A stretch of 64,000 nt of DNA from Neodothiora populina (Eukaryota): contig NW_027191414.1 in assembly GCF_041146345.1 (NCBI RefSeq), forward strand, positions 310,001 through 374,000, written 5' to 3'. Below are positions 60,982-64,000 of this stretch, piece after piece. How positions within the stretch are numbered: position 1 is the first letter of the stretch; every line of letters starts with the position of its first letter. A model generated the notes under the pieces. That model had not been told where the DNA came from and made no database searches. It was given only the letters and a program-made list of their open reading frames with translations. The translations under genes and the position numbers were made by a program.

Positions 60982-63900
60982 ATGGGTCCTTTCTCGGTCT
61001 TGCTGGTGTATGTCATCGGCGGAGTGACCTTCATACCATTGCTGCTACTTGGCGCACTCGCTTTCTTCGTCGCTTCTACTACCCCTGTCAAATCGGATGC
61101 CAAACCGCTCGTAGATGGGCTGGAGAAAGAATCAGTAAAGTCACAGGATGGCGATGGCAAAAGTGGAAAGAGTTGGGCCCAGCAGAACGAGCCAGATGTC
61201 ACGGCAGCCTACTTTGCTGTTTGTAGAGAGTATGTGCCAGGAGGCATCAACGGAAAGCCACCAGAGCGATCGACCCCGGCTGGCGAGGTACTCATAGCAG
61301 AGAGCCCAAGCGTCTACCAAAGCATGTACAGGAGCATCTTCGAGCGAGGAAAGACCCAAATACCTACGATCGAGGGAGATCGGAAAGATGGGAAAGCTGT
61401 GAAGAAAGCTCGTAATGTTTTCTTTGTGGTCTTGAGACACGGTCATCTTATGCTCTACGACGACTCTGAACAGCTCGAAGTCCGTCATGTCATATCTCTG
61501 GCTCACCACGATATTGACGTATATGGAGGCCATGACCGCCTCACAGAAGGTGATCTCTGGATCAAGAGAAACTGCATACGCCTGACGCGGAAGGCTCTCG
61601 ACAGCAGCACAGCTCCATTGTCTAAACCTTTCTATCTCTTCTCTGACAATTGCTCCGAGAAAGAAGACTTTTATCATACGCTGCTCCTCTATCAATCTGC
61701 CTCTCAAGAACCGAATGCACCACCATTACCCCAACAATTTGAGACTCAGCACATCATCAAGCTAGTGCAACAGCTCTATGCTCCAGATGCCGATCCAAAT
61801 GCTCGCTGGCTGAATGCGCTTATTGGCCGGCTCTTCCTTGCTATGTATAAGACCGACGACATTGAGAACTACATCCGCGCCAAGATCAACCGCAAGATCA
61901 GCCGCGTGTCCAAGCCTAACTTCATCACATCCATACAGATACAAGACATTGACATGGGCGACAGTGCTCCCGTTATAAGCAACCCTAAATTGAGAGATAT
62001 GAATGTGAATGGTGATACCACGATAGAATTTGACATCAAGTACAATGGAGGCTTCAAGTTACAGATGGGAGCGGTAGCTCGTATCGACCTCGGTTCTCGC
62101 CTGAAAGCGCGGGAAGTCAATCTCATCATGAGTGGTACCCTTCGCAAGCTCTCTGGGCACATGCTCGTTCGCATAAAGCCGCCCCCAAGCAATCGCTTCT
62201 GGTTAACATTCGAGAATATGCCACACATTGAGTTGAGTATTGAACCCATCGTCAGCAGCAGGCAGATCACGTACGGAATCATCCTCCGTGCCATCGAAAG
62301 CAGGATCAGAGAGGTTGTGGGCGAGACTCTCGTCTTTCCGAACTGGGACGACAGCCCGTTCCTTGACACTTCGAGAAAGGATTGTCGAGGCGGTATTTTT
62401 GAATCCAACGCTACGGTGAACGGCTACCCAGCCTCAAAGGCGCAAGAGGCTGAAGATCACGCCTTACCGACTGTGGCACACGAACTTGCGAAGGTGGACG
62501 ATCTCGACAAAGACTTGCCGGGCCTGTCATCGCTGAGGAACAGCCAGCAAAAGACAATGAGCATGCCTAGTCTGTCAGATCCCCCACAGAAATTTTCCTT
62601 GCGTAAAGTCGCCAAGAAGTCTGTGACCAGCCTTGCAGAAGCCAGTACCGCCACCAGTACCGGTACTTCGATGACTGGTTCATCTAGTGTACATCCTGTC
62701 GCAGCATCACCTCCATCGCTGCCATCGAGAAAGCCGAGGCCCATGCGCTCGCAGTCATTTGCGTCTGCAGCGACGCCTCTCGTGAGTACAGAGCAAGCGA
62801 ATGCCGAGGCCATCAAGCCAGATAGCAGAAGTAAGAGGAACTCCAGGGGTGCCGTCGAATTAGTGAAAGAAGTTAATACCCGCAATCAATCACAATTTTC
62901 ATCGCCAACTGCTCTCGAAGCAGACTGCGGATCGGAAGATGTGCCGCATTTCGACATGGACAAAGAATTGTTAGCGTACGTTCACGACGAGGTCGGGCAA
63001 GGCGACAGTGAAGAAGGTGCGAGCGAGACCAGCGCCAATGTGCCAGACAACACTCGAAGACTTTCTGAACCTGCAACGCCTGGGAAAGAGATTAATGATC
63101 CGGCTTTCGGCACTCCTCGCTCGCCATCTACATCAAGCATACCGATAAACGGCACCAGGTCACCTTCAATTGAGTCTTCCTCCAAGCTCAGCAGCCAATC
63201 TGCCCCTTCAACATCTCATTTGAGCACAGCTGCCAATGCAGCGAAGAAATGGGGTCTTGGAGTTCTCCACAGACAATCGGCAGGCTCAAGTATTACGTTG
63301 CCCAGTGGATCGTCAATGCTCTCCACTTCTAGCGTCAACAGCACAAGAACATCTTCTTCTGTGCAGCCCTCTCTATCGCTTTCGCCAAACCAATCTGCAC
63401 CTTCTCATGCTGAGACAGCCAGAGCACTCCCTCAAGTACGAGGGGGACCTATGGGTAGGGGACAGCCGTTACCGCCGCCCGGTATGCCCCTACCCGGACC
63501 TCGGGCCCAGAAGAGTTTGTGGTCTGCAAGCAGCCTGAATCTTGGCATAGGGAGCTTGAAGCGAAAGCCTGTTCCCGGTCCGCCGTTGCCACCACGAAGT
63601 GAAGAGCACAGCAATGAATCACGGAAGGTTCCCCCAGCTCTGCCAGCGAGAAATTCGAATGGAAGACAACTGCCACAAACTCGTTCCACCGTAACTCAAG
63701 ACTATACCACAGCTGGCGAAGATCCTAATGATAGCATGCTCGTAGTGACTGTCCCCGAAGAAGACGAAGACAACAGTATGCCTACAACGCCCATCAGACT
63801 CTCGTTCGATGGATCGGTACCTACTCATGGAGATGACATGGATCATACAGCCGTGTCCAGAAATGAACGTATTGATGGTGGTGATGATCGCCCTAGCTCG

Positions 63901-64000
63901 GATTTGCTCAATTTTGACACAACAATTTATGAGGATATCCGGTCAATACCACCACAAGATAACGCGCCGCCTGATACTGCTGAGGCTGGCGATGGGGGAA
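60982..64000 (+). CDS. NVJ2: Nvj2/TEX2-like protein (N-terminal TM, PH domain, SMP domain); runs off the window end
   Basis: Missing from the ORF track because it has no stop in the window. MGPFSVLLVYVIGGVTFIPLLL, AAYFAVCREYVPGGINGKPPER, FFVVLRHGHLMLYDD, LWIKRNCIRL, WLNALIGRLFL, KPPPSNRFW and ETLVFPNWDD. Confidence 0.92.
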   Translation, partial: MGPFSVLLVYVIGGVTFIPLLLLGALAFFVASTTPVKSDAKPLVDGLEKESVKSQDGDGKSGKSWAQQNEPDVTAAYFAVCREYVPGGINGKPPERSTPAGEVLIAESPSVYQSMYRSIFERGKTQIPTIEGDRKDGKAVKKARNVFFVVLRHGHLMLYDDSEQLEVRHVISLAHHDIDVYGGHDRLTEGDLWIKRNCIRLTRKALDSSTAPLSKPFYLFSDNCSEKEDFYHTLLLYQSASQEPNAPPLPQQFETQHIIKLVQQLYAPDADPNARWLNALIGRLFLAMYKTDDIENYIRAKINRKISRVSKPNFITSIQIQDIDMGDSAPVISNPKLRDMNVNGDTTIEFDIKYNGGFKLQMGAVARIDLGSRLKAREVNLIMSGTLRKLSGHMLVRIKPPPSNRFWLTFENMPHIELSIEPIVSSRQITYGIILRAIESRIREVVGETLVFPNWDDSPFLDTSRKDCRGGIFESNATVNGYPASKAQEAEDHALPTVAHELAKVDDLDKDLPGLSSLRNSQQKTMSMPSLSDPPQKFSLRKVAKKSVTSLAEASTATSTGTSMTGSSSVHPVAASPPSLPSRKPRPMRSQSFASAATPLVSTEQANAEAIKPDSRSKRNSRGAVELVKEVNTRNQSQFSSPTALEADCGSEDVPHFDMDKELLAYVHDEVGQGDSEEGASETSANVPDNTRRLSEPATPGKEINDPAFGTPRSPSTSSIPINGTRSPSIESSSKLSSQSAPSTSHLSTAANAAKKWGLGVLHRQSAGSSITLPSGSSMLSTSSVNSTRTSSSVQPSLSLSPNQSAPSHAETARALPQVRGGPMGRGQPLPPPGMPLPGPRAQKSLWSASSLNLGIGSLKRKPVPGPPLPPRSEEHSNESRKVPPALPARNSNGRQLPQTRSTVTQDYTTAGEDPNDSMLVVTVPEEDEDNSMPTTPIRLSFDGSVPTHGDDMDHTAVSRNERIDGGDDRPSSDLLNFDTTIYEDIRSIPPQDNAPPDTAEAGDGG

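Noticed and set aside
1..64000. Transposons, tRNA/rRNA genes, CRISPR arrays, an alpha-factor-type pheromone precursor, MAT1-2-1, a secondary-metabolite cluster
   Set aside because: No transposase/RT motifs, terminal repeats, cloverleafs, Kex2-spaced peptide repeats, HMG box or PKS/NRPS domains were recognised by eye. Degenerate copies could have been missed.

Overview
Intron-rich fungal genomic DNA from a filamentous ascomycete (Pezizomycotina, probably Dothideomycetes; inferred from the MAT1-1-1 sequence and its PH-domain neighbour). It holds about 21 protein-coding genes. In order: TMEM184/HFL1-like, ERG4, MAG2/RNF10, dienelactone hydrolase, a thioredoxin with a SelK-like tail, SPOUT methyltransferase, SEC21, PLP2, a bZIP factor, then a roughly 7.5 kb gene-poor block, then a two-Myb telobox protein, an OPT transporter, SLA2, RPS4, an ASH1-like SET protein, ERF2, a tiny CaaX peptide gene, a small mitochondrial membrane protein, an uncharacterised low-complexity protein, SNX3, MAT1-1-1 and NVJ2/TEX2 (truncated by the window end). 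The right third is the mating-type neighbourhood. The main find is a 34-codon ORF absent from the ORF track (50874-50978, MASSTVSQPADSKWWGGSSKDPYNGKGGVMCIVM*). It looks like an a-factor-type lipopeptide pheromone precursor, has a promoter rich in repeated HMG-box-type sites, and lies between SLA2 and MAT1-1-1, about 8.4 kb from the latter. Secondary candidates are an intergenic C/D-box snoRNA with an LSU rRNA-complementary guide, the thioredoxin-SelK-like fusion ending GGCGT-UGA, and an orphan ORF next to MAT1-1-1. All gene models were spliced by eye and family assignments come from recalled motifs. No database searches were run.
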